Below are positions 1 through 8,759 of a stretch of 64,000 nt of DNA, one piece after another. The position numbers and the translations under genes are program-made. Every line of letters begins with the position of its first letter. Within the stretch, counting starts at the first letter, position 1. The notes beneath the pieces were generated by a model, which was not told the origin of the DNA, did not search any database, and saw nothing but the letters and a program-made list of their open reading frames with translations. Origin of the DNA: Chloroflexota bacterium (GTDB taxonomy: Bacteria; Chloroflexota; Anaerolineae; DTLA01); assembly GCA_014874485.1 (NCBI GenBank), contig JADBJK010000011.1:144328-208327 (forward strand). Direction: 5' to 3'.

Positions 1-2400
1 TGGCGCGGTCTGGACGACCACCCGTTTGAACTGCGTTGGCGCGGGCCGGGCGGCGACGAGGTCCTGCTCATCTACCTGCGCGGCGGCTACGGCAACGCGG
101 CCCACCTCCCCGCGGGCGACCCCGACGCGTTCGCCGCCGCTGTGGAGGCGCTTGTCGCGGACATGGCCGCCCACTCCCACAGTGGCTGTCTGCCCCTGAT
201 GAACGGCACCGACCACATGGAGCCGCATCCGGGCCTGCCCGCCGCCATCCGCCACACATCCGCGCGCCTTCCGTCGGCGGAGATGCGCCACAGCACCCTG
301 TCCGCCTACATCCAGGCCGTGCGCGAGGCCCTCGGCCCGTCGGGGGTTGACGCGCTCCCCGTCGTGGAGGGCGAACTCCGCTCGTGCAAGGTGCAGCACC
401 TCCTGCCGGGCGTCCTGTCGGCCCGCATGTGGATCAAGCAGCGCAACGCCGCCGTCCAAACCCTGCTGGAGCGATGGACGGAGCCCTGGGCGGCCTTCGC
501 CGAGCACCTGGCGCAGCAGGGACACGTGCCACCCACGCCCCTCACACCGACCCGCGAAATCGTGCGCCGCGCCTGGCGCTACCTGCTGGAGAACCAGCCC
601 CACGACTCCATCTGCGGGTGCAGCGTGGATCAGGTGCACCGCGAGATGCGCACCCGCTACGACTGGGCCGAGCAAATCGCCGAGACGGTGGCGCAGCAAA
701 GCCTGGACGCCATCGCCCACGCCGTTGCGGCCTCGGGCGGGTCGCCCGCGCTGGTCGTCTTCAACCCGCTGGTCTCCCCCCGCACCGACGTGCTGGAGGC
801 CACGCTGGAACTGCCCCAGAGCCTGGAGGAATTCGCCATCACGGACGAGCGGGGTGGGCGCCTGCCCTGCCAGGTTCTGGAGCGCACGCAAGAGGAGTAC
901 TTCGCGGGCACCTTTGCGCGGGAGGAGTTGTTGCTGGTGGCGGCGGCCGTGCAGGACGGCAAGGTGCAGGACAGGCCCATCCGCGAGGTGTTCCTGCGCC
1001 GCGACGGCGAGCGGGCACGAGTGGACGTAACGCTGGGCGAAAGCGGTGCGCCCGACCCCGCCGTCCTGCAGAACTGGGCGTCGCTGTCGCAGAGCCTGAT
1101 GGACGACGAGTCCGTGCGCGAGGTGGAAGTCCGCGTGCGGAGTCCGCTGCGGTGCCGCGTGGCCCTGGCCGCGTCGGACGTGCCGGGCTTCGGCTACCGC
1201 GTGTTTGCGGTGCAAGCGGCCTCGCCCACGCCGATCAACGGCCCAGTGCGGGCGTCAGCCCTGCGCCTGGAGAACGAGTTCCTCGTCGTGGAGGTAGAGC
1301 CGCGCGACGGAACCCTGTCCATCCTACACAGGCCGACGGGCATGCGCCTCGCCGGGGTCAACCGATTCGTGGACGGCGGCGACCGCGGCGACGAGTACAA
1401 CTACTGCCCGCCCGAGCGCGATACCCTCGTGGACGCCCCGTGCGAGAAGCCCGTCATCCGGCTGGTGGAGACCGGCCCCGCGCGCGCCACGCTGGAGATA
1501 GACCTGCTGTACCGCGTGCCGGAATCCCTGTCGCCCGACCGTGCATCCCGCTCGCCCCATCACGTCGTCATTCCCATCACGACGCGGGTCTCGCTGGCCG
1601 CCGGCGTGCCGCGCTGCGACATCCAGACCACCCTCGTCAACGCCGCCCGCGACCACCGCTTGCGCGTCCTCGTGCCAACGCCGATTCAAACCGACCACTC
1701 GCTGGCCGAAGGGCACTACGACGTGGTGCGCCGCAGCCTGACGCTGCCCGCCGACACTGCCGACTGGATTGAGCAGCCCCAGCCCACCTTCCCCCAGCGC
1801 GCTTTCTGCGACGTGAACGACGGCGAGCGGGGCGTCATAGTGGCGGTGCGCGGCCTCCCCGAAGCCGAGGTCATCCCGAGCGACGGCGGCGCGACCATCG
1901 CCGTAACGCTCCTGCGCTGCGTCGGCTGGCTGTCGCGCGACGACCTGGCCACGCGCAAGTGGGGCGCCGGCCCTGGCAGGCCCACGCCCGAAGCCCAGGA
2001 ACTCGGTGAGCACACGTGCCACTATGCCATCATCCCCCACGCGGGCGGATGGGAGCAAGCCTTCCGCCACGCCCACGCCTTTGAGACACCCATGCGGGCG
2101 GTGCAGGTGGCGGCGGGCGGCTCGCTCCCCGCTGCGGCCTCGTTCCTGGCTGTGCAGCCCGACTCGCTCGTCGTTACGGCGGTCAAGGTCCCCGAAGAGG
2201 GCGATGGCCTCATCGTGCGCGTGTGCAACTACGCGGCGCGCGCCGTGGACGCCGAACTGACGTTCGCCTGGCCCATCCGCCGTGCCGAGCGCGTCAATCT
2301 CGCAGAGGAGCCGCTGGCTCCTCTGGCCGTTGTGGGCGGCCGCACCGTGCGCTTCCCTTGCGGGCCGTGGGGAACGGCGACGGTGCGGGTGGAGGCGTAG
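1..2400 (+). CDS. Glycoside hydrolase family 38 alpha-mannosidase-like protein. The 5' end lies beyond the window; the reading frame is open from base 1.
   Basis: Frame 1 is open from nt 1 (WRGLDDHPFELRW...). The motif 'NQPHDSICGCSVDQVHREM' is the GH38 catalytic-region signature, with a long C-terminal beta-sandwich region. Stop TAG at 2398-2400. Confidence 0.75.
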   Translation, partial: WRGLDDHPFELRWRGPGGDEVLLIYLRGGYGNAAHLPAGDPDAFAAAVEALVADMAAHSHSGCLPLMNGTDHMEPHPGLPAAIRHTSARLPSAEMRHSTLSAYIQAVREALGPSGVDALPVVEGELRSCKVQHLLPGVLSARMWIKQRNAAVQTLLERWTEPWAAFAEHLAQQGHVPPTPLTPTREIVRRAWRYLLENQPHDSICGCSVDQVHREMRTRYDWAEQIAETVAQQSLDAIAHAVAASGGSPALVVFNPLVSPRTDVLEATLELPQSLEEFAITDERGGRLPCQVLERTQEEYFAGTFAREELLLVAAAVQDGKVQDRPIREVFLRRDGERARVDVTLGESGAPDPAVLQNWASLSQSLMDDESVREVEVRVRSPLRCRVALAASDVPGFGYRVFAVQAASPTPINGPVRASALRLENEFLVVEVEPRDGTLSILHRPTGMRLAGVNRFVDGGDRGDEYNYCPPERDTLVDAPCEKPVIRLVETGPARATLEIDLLYRVPESLSPDRASRSPHHVVIPITTRVSLAAGVPRCDIQTTLVNAARDHRLRVLVPTPIQTDHSLAEGHYDVVRRSLTLPADTADWIEQPQPTFPQRAFCDVNDGERGVIVAVRGLPEAEVIPSDGGATIAVTLLRCVGWLSRDDLATRKWGAGPGRPTPEAQELGEHTCHYAIIPHAGGWEQAFRHAHAFETPMRAVQVAAGGSLPAAASFLAVQPDSLVVTAVKVPEEGDGLIVRVCNYAARAVDAELTFAWPIRRAERVNLAEEPLAPLAVVGGRTVRFPCGPWGTATVRVEA

Positions 2401-2539
2401 TGCCGTGCTGCGGGCGTGAACCTGCGACGCGCCCGCGCGGCACTGGCCGAGCTGGCACCTGCAACGCGCCTCGGAGGTGCGTCGCAGGTTTGACCCCTCA
2501 CCCTAGCCCTCTCCCGCGCGGGCGAGGGAACGCGCACGC

Positions 2540-3130
2540 CGCGCCCCGCCCGAGGCTGAAGCCCTCGGGCTGGGGGTTGTAGGGACGCAGCATGCTGCGT
2601 TCCTACACACGGCGGGGGTTCAGCCCCGCGCGGCCACGCCCCGCCCGAGGCTGAAGCCATCGGGCTAAAGGAGCAAAGCCCTTCGGGCTGCCTATGGGGC
2701 CCAACATGCTACCCCCAGCCCCAACGGGGCTTCGCCCTTTCAGCGCGGGGGTTCAGCCCCGCGCGGCCACGCGGCGGCCCGAGGCTGAAGCCGTCGGGCT
2801 AAAGGAGCAAAGCCCTTCGGGCTGCCTATGGGGCCCAACATGCTACCCCCAGCCCCGCAGGGGCTTCGCCCCTTTCAGCGCGGGGGTTCAGCCCCGCGCG
2901 GCTTTCGCGCCCTTCGCGCTCCAAACCCCCACGCGCCCCCAGCCCCAACGGGGCTTCGCCCTTTCAGCGCGGGGATTCAGCCCCGCGCGGCCACACCCCG
3001 CCCGAGGCTGAAGCCGTCGGGCTAAAGGAGCAAAGCCCTTCGGGCTGCCTATGGGGCCCAACATGCTACCCCCAGCCCCGCAGGGGCTTTGCCCTTTCAG
3101 CGCGGGGGTTCAGCCCCGCGCAGCCACGCC
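2540..3130. repeat. Composite tandem/dispersed mini-repeat array (family C). Sub-units are 'cccgaggctgaagccNtcgggct' hairpins, 'aaaggagcaaagcccttcgggctgcctatggggcccaacatgctacccccagcccc', and 'ggggcttcgccctttcagcgcgggggttcagccccgcgcggcc'.
   Basis: Sub-units recur at 134-223-bp spacing (e.g. 'ggggcccaacatgctaccccc' at 2698, 2832, 3055). The same sub-units recur at 16190-16330. The overlapping ORFs translate as low-complexity Pro/Arg/Ala. Confidence 0.8.
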
Positions 3131-3161
3131 CCTGCGACGCCCCGCGCAGCCCCTCACCCGC

Positions 3162-4427
3162 CTAATCCCGCTTGAAGCGGCTGTAGTCCGGGCGCTCCAG
3201 GCCGGCCGCCCAGCCGTTCTCCATGTCCAGCAGCGCCTTCACCTTCATCGGCAGGCCGAACAGGTTGATGAAACCCTGGGCGTCGCTTTGGTCGTACACG
3301 TCATCCTTGCCGAAGGTGGCGAAGTCCTCGCGGTACAGGCTAAACGGCGACTTGCGCCCGACCACCGTACACGAGCCTTTGTACAGTTTGACCCGCACGG
3401 TGCCCGTAACGCGCTCCTGCGTCTTGTCCACGAAGGCGTCCAGCGCCTCGCGCAGGGGCGTGAACCACTGGCCGTAGTACACCAGTTCGGCGTAGCGATG
3501 CGCGACCAGTTCCTTGTAGTGCAGCGTCTCGCGGTCCAGGCAAATCTGCTCCAGCCCCTGGTGCGCCGCGTACAGGATTGTGCCGCCGGGCGTCTCGTAC
3601 ACACCCCGCGACTTCATCCCCACCAGGCGGTTCTCCACCAGGTCCACGCGGCCCACGCCGTGCGCCCCGCCGATGTCGTTCAGCCGCTCCAGAATCTGCA
3701 CCGGCCCCAGCGCCTCGCCGTCCAGCGCCACCGGATACCCGCGCTCAAACTTCAGCGTGAGGTACTGGGGCGTATCGGGGGCCGCCTCGGGCGCGACCGT
3801 GAGCATGAACATGGACTCCTCAGGCTCGGCCCAGGGATCTTCCAGCACGCCCCCCTCGTGGCTAATGTGCCAGAGGTTGCGGTCGCGGCTGTAGATGGAC
3901 TTCTCGGTAACGGCCACGGGCACGTTGTGGGCGCGGGCGTAGGCCAGGGCGTCCTCGCGCGACCGAATCTCCCACTCGCGCCACGGGGCGATGACCTTCA
4001 GGTGCGGGTTCAGCGCCTTGACCGACAGTTCAAACCGCACCTGGTCGTTGCCCTTGCCCGTGCAGCCGTGAGCCACGGCGTCGGCCCCCTCCTGCTCGGC
4101 CACCTTCACCAGATGCTTGGCGGTAACGGGCCGGGCAAACGACGTCCCCAGCAGGTACAGCCGCTCGTAGATGGCGCCCGCGCGCATGGTGCGGAAGGCG
4201 TATTCCATCAGGAACTCCTCGCGCAGGTCCATGATGTACGCCTTGCTGGCCCCGCTCGCCAGCGCCTTCTGCTCCAGGCCAGCCAGTTCGTCGGCCCCCT
4301 GCCCCAGGTCGGCGGTGAAGGTGATCACCTCGCAGCCGTAGTTCTCCTTGAGCCAGGGCACGATGCAGGACGTGTCCAGCCCTCCCGAATACGCCAGAAC
4401 CACTTTGTTGACCTTGCCTTTCTTCAT
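3162..4427 (-). CDS. argG: Argininosuccinate synthase
   Basis: N-terminus '[28 protein letters not shown]' carries the PP-loop SGGxDTS. Full-length 421 aa, argG-like throughout. RBS GAGGAGG 8 nt upstream of ATG at 4427. Confidence 0.95.
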   Translation of the reverse strand: MKKGKVNKVVLAYSGGLDTSCIVPWLKENYGCEVITFTADLGQGADELAGLEQKALASGASKAYIMDLREEFLMEYAFRTMRAGAIYERLYLLGTSFARPVTAKHLVKVAEQEGADAVAHGCTGKGNDQVRFELSVKALNPHLKVIAPWREWEIRSREDALAYARAHNVPVAVTEKSIYSRDRNLWHISHEGGVLEDPWAEPEESMFMLTVAPEAAPDTPQYLTLKFERGYPVALDGEALGPVQILERLNDIGGAHGVGRVDLVENRLVGMKSRGVYETPGGTILYAAHQGLEQICLDRETLHYKELVAHRYAELVYYGQWFTPLREALDAFVDKTQERVTGTVRVKLYKGSCTVVGRKSPFSLYREDFATFGKDDVYDQSDAQGFINLFGLPMKVKALLDMENGWAAGLERPDYSRFKRD

Positions 4428-4500
4428 CTCCCATCCTCCTCATGGTGTGATCTCTTGGGTCTCTCTGGGTACGCAAAAGCGCGACGGGCATCTCCCATCG

Positions 4501-4545
4501 CGCCAAACAGAAAGGCCAGCCCCCTGTCTGGAGGCTGGCCGTATA
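4501..4545 (-). terminator. Hairpin plus U-tract on the minus strand inside the argG 5' leader, ~75 nt upstream of the argG start. Possible attenuator or insulating terminator.
   Basis: 'ggccagcc'-11 nt-'ggctggcc' at 4514-4540. On the minus strand it is followed by 'tttctgttt'. No minus-strand gene lies upstream of it before the tRNA. Confidence 0.3.
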
Positions 4546-4907
4546 TCCCTATCGCAAGGCGAACGGAACTATCCAGACGCGGGGTCTGACCTTTCGTCCG
4601 TTCGTCGTCGGGTTTCGGATGTGGGCATCGTGCCGATGTTCATGCGAGCGCGTCCATCGGATAGGTTGCCTAACTCTACACCGAAAGGCGGGGATTGTCA
4701 ATTTTGCGCCCGTCCCGCGCGGAATGCGCCCGCCGCTCTGCTCGTTGCAACCCCTCTGCGGTCTCCGCGGTCTCGGCGGTGGACTTGTACTCCGCGCCCT
4801 TGACACTCGCGCCAACCGTCGTCCGCCAGCCGATTCGCAAGCCGTAGCGCGCCGCCTGGCCCCACCGCTTTTGACGCCCCTGCCCTGCTGTGGTATACTG
4901 AAGGCGT

Positions 4908-4983
4908 GGGCCGTTAGCTCAGCATGGCAGAGCACCTGCCTTTTAAGCAGGGTGTCGCGCGTTCGAGTCGCGCACGGCTCACC
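4908..4983 (+). tRNA. tRNA-Lys (anticodon UUU)
   Basis: Cloverleaf folded by hand. Acceptor GGGCCGT/ACGGCTC, D-arm GCTC/GAGC, anticodon stem CCTGC/GCAGG with loop CTTTTAA (anticodon TTT), T-arm GCGCG-TTCGAGT-CGCGC, discriminator A then CC. Confidence 0.9.
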
Positions 4984-5125
4984 TTTTTGTTCCCCAAATC
5001 TTCATCAGACCTTCAGCCCCCCTTCATAATCCCTTCACACTCCTGTGGTATCCTGTCCGCGGAACGGTGAGAGAAACAGACACCTTCCCAAATCAGACAG
5101 AACACGCAAACAGGAGGATTTCAGC

Positions 5126-5563
5126 ATGAAACGGACAGTAGTGATCGGTGTAGCGGTTGTGCTGGCGCTCACGCTGGCGATGGTCATCGCGACGGCGGCC
5201 TTCGCCCAGGGACCCGCAGGGACCCGCGACGGCGTCCGCGATTTCTCAGGCAACGGCAACGGCCACGCCTACGGGTTTGTGGATGCCAACGGCGATGGCG
5301 TGTGCGACAACGCCGGCCAGGGCAACGGCCACGCGTGGGGCTTCGTGGATGAGAACGGCGATGGCGTGAACGACCGCTTCGTGGACGCCGACGGCGATGG
5401 GGTTTGCGACAACGCGGGCCAGGGCGGCATGGGCTACGGGCGCGCGGCTCACAGCGGCTCCAACGGCCAGGGCGCGGGCATGGCTCGGCGCGGCCACGGG
5501 ATGCGCGGCGCGAACTTCGTGGACGCCAACGGCGACGGCATCTGCGACCTGTTGCAGCAGTAG
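5126..5563 (+). CDS. Small secreted protein (145 aa) with N-terminal signal/TM segment and four degenerate Excalibur/TSP3-like Ca-binding repeats 'FVDANGDGVCDN'.
   Basis: RBS 'caggagga' 7 nt before ATG 5126. 'MKRTVVIGVAVVLALTLAMVIATAAFAQG' is signal-like. The repeat D-x-N-G-D-G-x-C-D occurs four times. The ORF-track start at 5045 is rejected (no RBS, non-hydrophobic N-terminus). Confidence 0.7.
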   Translation: MKRTVVIGVAVVLALTLAMVIATAAFAQGPAGTRDGVRDFSGNGNGHAYGFVDANGDGVCDNAGQGNGHAWGFVDENGDGVNDRFVDADGDGVCDNAGQGGMGYGRAAHSGSNGQGAGMARRGHGMRGANFVDANGDGICDLLQQ

Positions 5564-5589
5564 AATCCCTTACAACTGAATACCGCCCA

Positions 5590-5628
5590 GGCGGCGAGAG
5601 AAGGTTTCTCGCCGCCTTTTCTTTTGCA
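5590..5628 (+). terminator. Rho-independent terminator after the small repeat protein gene
   Basis: 'ggcggcgagag-aaggtt-tctcgccgcc' followed by 'ttttctttt'. Confidence 0.6.
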
Positions 5629-5746
5629 CGCGAGACCCCGCTGATGTACAATAGGGTAGGGTCTTGCGCACGCTGCACCTCTCCATGCCTCGCTTGCGTT
5701 TTCAGCAAGGGCACGCGCATCGCGCTGATCAGCACGCACCGTATCT

Positions 5747-7030
5747 GTGCACACGAGGATTCACGACGTGGAACCGGCCAACACGACTTACGCGAATCGC
5801 ACCAACCTGCTCGCATCGCTGCTGCTTGCAGTGGTCGCCGTGGGCATCACACTCCTGGCCCTTCAGCGGCCCTTCGCGTCGCCCGGCTCGCCGCACCCGC
5901 CCACCCCAACCCCAACGCCGACCGCCACGCCCACGCCGACCATGACGCCGACGCCCACGGCCACACCGACGCCCACGCCCACGCCGACCCGCACCCCCAC
6001 GCCCACTCCCACGGCGACGCCGACTCGCACCCCTACGCCCAGCCCGGTGCCGCCGGGCGTCCGCGCCTCCATGCTGGACACCCACACCATCGTCGCCTTC
6101 TACGGCCGGGCCTTCTCGCCCCACGAGCGCATGGACAAGGTCGCCATCCTGGGCAGGCTAGGCTACTACGACAACTTTGACCACTTCTACACCGAGGTCA
6201 TCTCCTACTGCGCCGAGGTGGACGCCGCCAACGGCGACCTGGGCGTGATTCCCGCCATGGACATCATCTTCCAACTGGCGTCGGGAACCAAAGAGAACGG
6301 CGGGGGTACCTACCTCATCAGCGTGCAGGAATACCTGGACGCTACCGGAGGGGGCTCGTTTGAGGAAGATTATGTAAAGCCCGCCGCCGAGAAGGGCGTG
6401 CTCGTGTTCCTGGACAACCAGTTGGGCCTGTCATCGGTGTTGAGCCAGGCCGAGGCCATGCTCCCCTACCTGGAGAAGTACGACAACGTCCACTTCTTCT
6501 TTGACCCCGAGTTCCACGTCTATCCGGAGCAGTACGAGTCGGGCGAGGTAACCATCCCCGGCAGGCCGCTGCCCGGGCGCATTGACGCTGCCGATGTCAA
6601 CGCCGCACTGCGGCGCATCCACCAGTTCATGCAGGAGAAGGGCATCCACCGCGAGGTCATCGTGGGCCTGCACCAGTTTGAGGACCTCAACGTGCCCACC
6701 GATACGCGCACCATGATCGTGGACAAGGCCGACATCGTGATTCCACCCGGCATCACCCTTGTCTTTGACGCCGACGGCTTCAGCCCATCCGAGAACAGCC
6801 AGGAGATCAAACTGTCCAAGTACCGAGGCATCACGGACCCCAAGGCGTACCCGTTCTTCGGCAAGGGCGGCGGCGCGTATCCTGCCATCAAGATTTTCCC
6901 GCCGAACGACTACGTCAGCGTAACGCGCTACGACTATGCCCCGCTGACGCCTCGCCACCTGTTCGGCCTGGAGCCGATCTCCAACGGGCGCTACTTCAGC
7001 CCGCCCCCGGCGCTGATCATCCTCAACTAA
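5747..7030 (+). CDS. Membrane-anchored extracytoplasmic protein. It has an N-terminal TM helix, a ~65-aa Pro/Thr linker and a ~330-aa globular domain, possibly a glycoside-hydrolase-like TIM-barrel domain.
   Basis: 'LLASLLLAVVAVGITLLAL' TM helix, then (TPTP)n linker, then a conserved-looking domain. No motif confidently recognised. The start could alternatively be GTG 5771. Confidence 0.55.
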   Translation: MHTRIHDVEPANTTYANRTNLLASLLLAVVAVGITLLALQRPFASPGSPHPPTPTPTPTATPTPTMTPTPTATPTPTPTPTRTPTPTPTATPTRTPTPSPVPPGVRASMLDTHTIVAFYGRAFSPHERMDKVAILGRLGYYDNFDHFYTEVISYCAEVDAANGDLGVIPAMDIIFQLASGTKENGGGTYLISVQEYLDATGGGSFEEDYVKPAAEKGVLVFLDNQLGLSSVLSQAEAMLPYLEKYDNVHFFFDPEFHVYPEQYESGEVTIPGRPLPGRIDAADVNAALRRIHQFMQEKGIHREVIVGLHQFEDLNVPTDTRTMIVDKADIVIPPGITLVFDADGFSPSENSQEIKLSKYRGITDPKAYPFFGKGGGAYPAIKIFPPNDYVSVTRYDYAPLTPRHLFGLEPISNGRYFSPPPALIILN

Positions 7031-7044
7031 CCCTGGCAAGGCCA

Positions 7045-7300
7045 CAGGACAGGATTCACCGCCGAGACGCAGAGACCGCAAAGGATTTGCACCGCAGAGA
7101 GCACAGAGAACGCAGAGAATTCAAAGAGAACCCTCTGCGCCCTCCGCGTCTCTGCGGTGAACTCAGGAGCCACAGCCGAACGAAGGGCCAAAGATTTGCA
7201 CCGCAGAGAGCACAGAGAACGCAGAGAATTCAAAGAGAACCCTCTGCGCCCTCCGCGTCTCTGCGGCGAGAATCCCTTGCGCAAGAGCAGTGCGGTGCAG
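7045..7300. repeat. Family B mini-repeats ('caccgcagagacgc...gcgtctctgcggtg' inverted-repeat elements). Two 109-bp direct copies at 7084 and 7193 plus a partial copy.
   Basis: Exact duplication 'gatttgcaccgcagagagcacagagaacgcagagaattcaaagagaaccctctgcgccctccgcgtctctgcgg' at 7084 and 7193. The same motif recurs at 14219, 16330, 26035, 27860 and 29225-29440. Confidence 0.8.
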
Positions 7301-7317
7301 TGCTCGTGCGTGGCAAA

Positions 7318-7349
7318 GCAAAAGCGGCGGGAGTTCCCGCCGCTTTTTG
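7318..7349. terminator. Bidirectional intrinsic terminator flanked by an A-tract and a T-tract, downstream of rplY/ctc
   Basis: 'aaaagcggcggga-gtt-cccgccgcttttt' at 7321-7349. Confidence 0.5.
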
Positions 7350-7371
7350 TATCCATGGTCCGGGCAGAGGA

Positions 7372-8025
7372 CTATTCCTCGGCCTCTTCCTCTTCCTTCT
7401 TGCCCTTCTTGATGACTTCCACCTCGCCAGGCTCCACCGGCGCGGCCTCGGCTTCCACCACTTCCTCGGCCACCGGGCTGACGGTCGCCACCAGGTCCTC
7501 AGGATCGTCCAGCACCTGAATCCCCGCGGGCAGCACCAGGTCCTTCACGTAGATGGCATCGTCAAACGTCTGGAGCGTGCTCACATCCACCGTAATATGG
7601 GGCACCAGGTCCTTGGGCAGGCACTCCACCTCCACCTCTTCCTTCTGCTGAAGGAGAACGCCCTGGAACTTCTGGAGCACGGGCGGTTCGCCTTCCAGTA
7701 CCAGGGGAATGTGGACGCGGATGGTCTCCGTCATCACGACGGCGTAGAAGTCCACATGCGTTATGGCCTGGGTCAGGAAGTTGCGCTGCTGGTCGCGCAC
7801 AAGGACGGTGAGCGGCTCCTTCTGGCCCGCGATGTGCAGGGAGATCAGGGTGGACTCGCCCGCCTTGCTCAGGGCCGCCTCCAGCGGGCGGCGCGGAATC
7901 TGAACGGGGATGGGCGCGGTCGCCTTGCCGTACACGACTGCCGGCACCAGCCCCTGGCGGCGCAGTTGGTTCACCTGCTTCCCCTTGATGGTTCGGGGTT
8001 CTGCTTCCAAAATGAGTTGATCCAT
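7372..8025 (-). CDS. rplY: 50S ribosomal protein L25 / general stress protein Ctc
   Basis: 'MDQLILEAEPRTIKGKQVNQLRRQGLVPAVVYG...' is a typical L25/Ctc N-terminal beta-barrel, with an acidic C-terminal tail. Start at ATG 8025 (AAGGAG upstream). Confidence 0.85.
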   Translation of the reverse strand: MDQLILEAEPRTIKGKQVNQLRRQGLVPAVVYGKATAPIPVQIPRRPLEAALSKAGESTLISLHIAGQKEPLTVLVRDQQRNFLTQAITHVDFYAVVMTETIRVHIPLVLEGEPPVLQKFQGVLLQQKEEVEVECLPKDLVPHITVDVSTLQTFDDAIYVKDLVLPAGIQVLDDPEDLVATVSPVAEEVVEAEAAPVEPGEVEVIKKGKKEEEEAEE

Positions 8026-8129
8026 ATATGCCAACACTCCTTCCCAAATTGCAGAAGCGCATTATATGCGCAATGGCGCGAGGCGTCAAAAATCGTTCGC
8101 CGCCGCCCAGCACTTTACCGCAGGTTTTC

Positions 8130-8740
8130 CTCATGGCGCGTCATGGCGAGGGCGGATAGCGCCCGAAGCAATCCCGCCAGCCTGTCATTCTGAGGCGCGC
8201 AGCGCCGAAGAATCTCGTCAACCCGGATGCTTCGCTTCGCTCAGCATGACAGATGACACTGTCATTCTGAGCGGCGAAGCCGCGAAGAATCTCCGAGCGC
8301 GAGATTGCTTCGCTTCGCTCGCAATGACACGTACCAAATGTCATTGCGAGGGCGCGCAGCGCCCGTAGGGACAATTCATGAATTGTCCCTACTGAGGCGC
8401 GCAGCGCCGAAGAATCTCGTCAACCCGGATGCTTCGCTTCGCTCAGCATGACAGATGACACTGTCATTCTGAGCGGCGAAGCCGCGAAGAATCTCCGAGC
8501 GCGAGATTGCTTCGCTTCGCTCGCAATGACACGTACCAAATGTCATTGCGAGGGCGCGCAGCGCCCGTAGGGACAATTCATGAATTGTCCCTACTGAGGC
8601 GCGCAGCGCCGAAGAATCTCGTCAACCCGGATGCTTCGCTTCGCTCAGCATGACAGATGACACTGTCATTCTGAGCGGCGAAGCCGCGAAGAATCTCGTC
8701 AACCAGATTGCCTCGCTCCGCCCGCAATGACGACGGACAA
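8130..8740. repeat. Family A palindromic repeat array, ~2.8 tandem copies of a 202-bp unit. The unit contains 'gtcattgcgag...ctcgcaatgac' inverted repeats and the 22-bp perfect palindrome 'gggacaattcatgaattgtccc'.
   Basis: Identical ORF translations 8141..8374 and 8376..8576 ('...CHAERSEASGLTRFFGAARL') show near-perfect tandem duplication. The palindrome occurs at ~8371 and ~8571. Confidence 0.85.
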
Positions 8741-8759
8741 TTTCCTCTGCGTTCAACCC

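Noticed and set aside
384-1772. Long alternative-frame and antisense ORFs inside the GH38 gene (e.g. 384..1772 +, 1324..2076 -, 347..1030 +)
   Set aside because: Their translations are Arg/Pro/Gly/Ala low-complexity, typical of non-coding frames in high-GC DNA. The frame-1 product has clear GH38 motifs.
2540-3130. Possible CRISPR array in the tandem-repeat blocks (2540-3130, 8130-8740, 10525-10900)
   Set aside because: There are no unique spacers. Units are composite and imperfect, repeats recur dispersed elsewhere, and no cas genes are present. Classified as MITE/REP-like repeats.
5404-6180. 258-aa ORF 5404..6180 (+) overlapping the Excalibur-like gene 3' end and the PT-linker gene
   Set aside because: A different frame of two real genes. 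The translation is His/Arg/Pro low-complexity.
8141-8576. ORFs 8141..8374, 8376..8576, 10574..10855, 23989..24519 and 55533..55946 with repeated '...CHAERSEAS...' translations
   Set aside because: They are read-throughs of palindromic tandem repeats. Identical copies, no RBS, translatable on both strands, and units nested with inverted repeats. Not protein genes.
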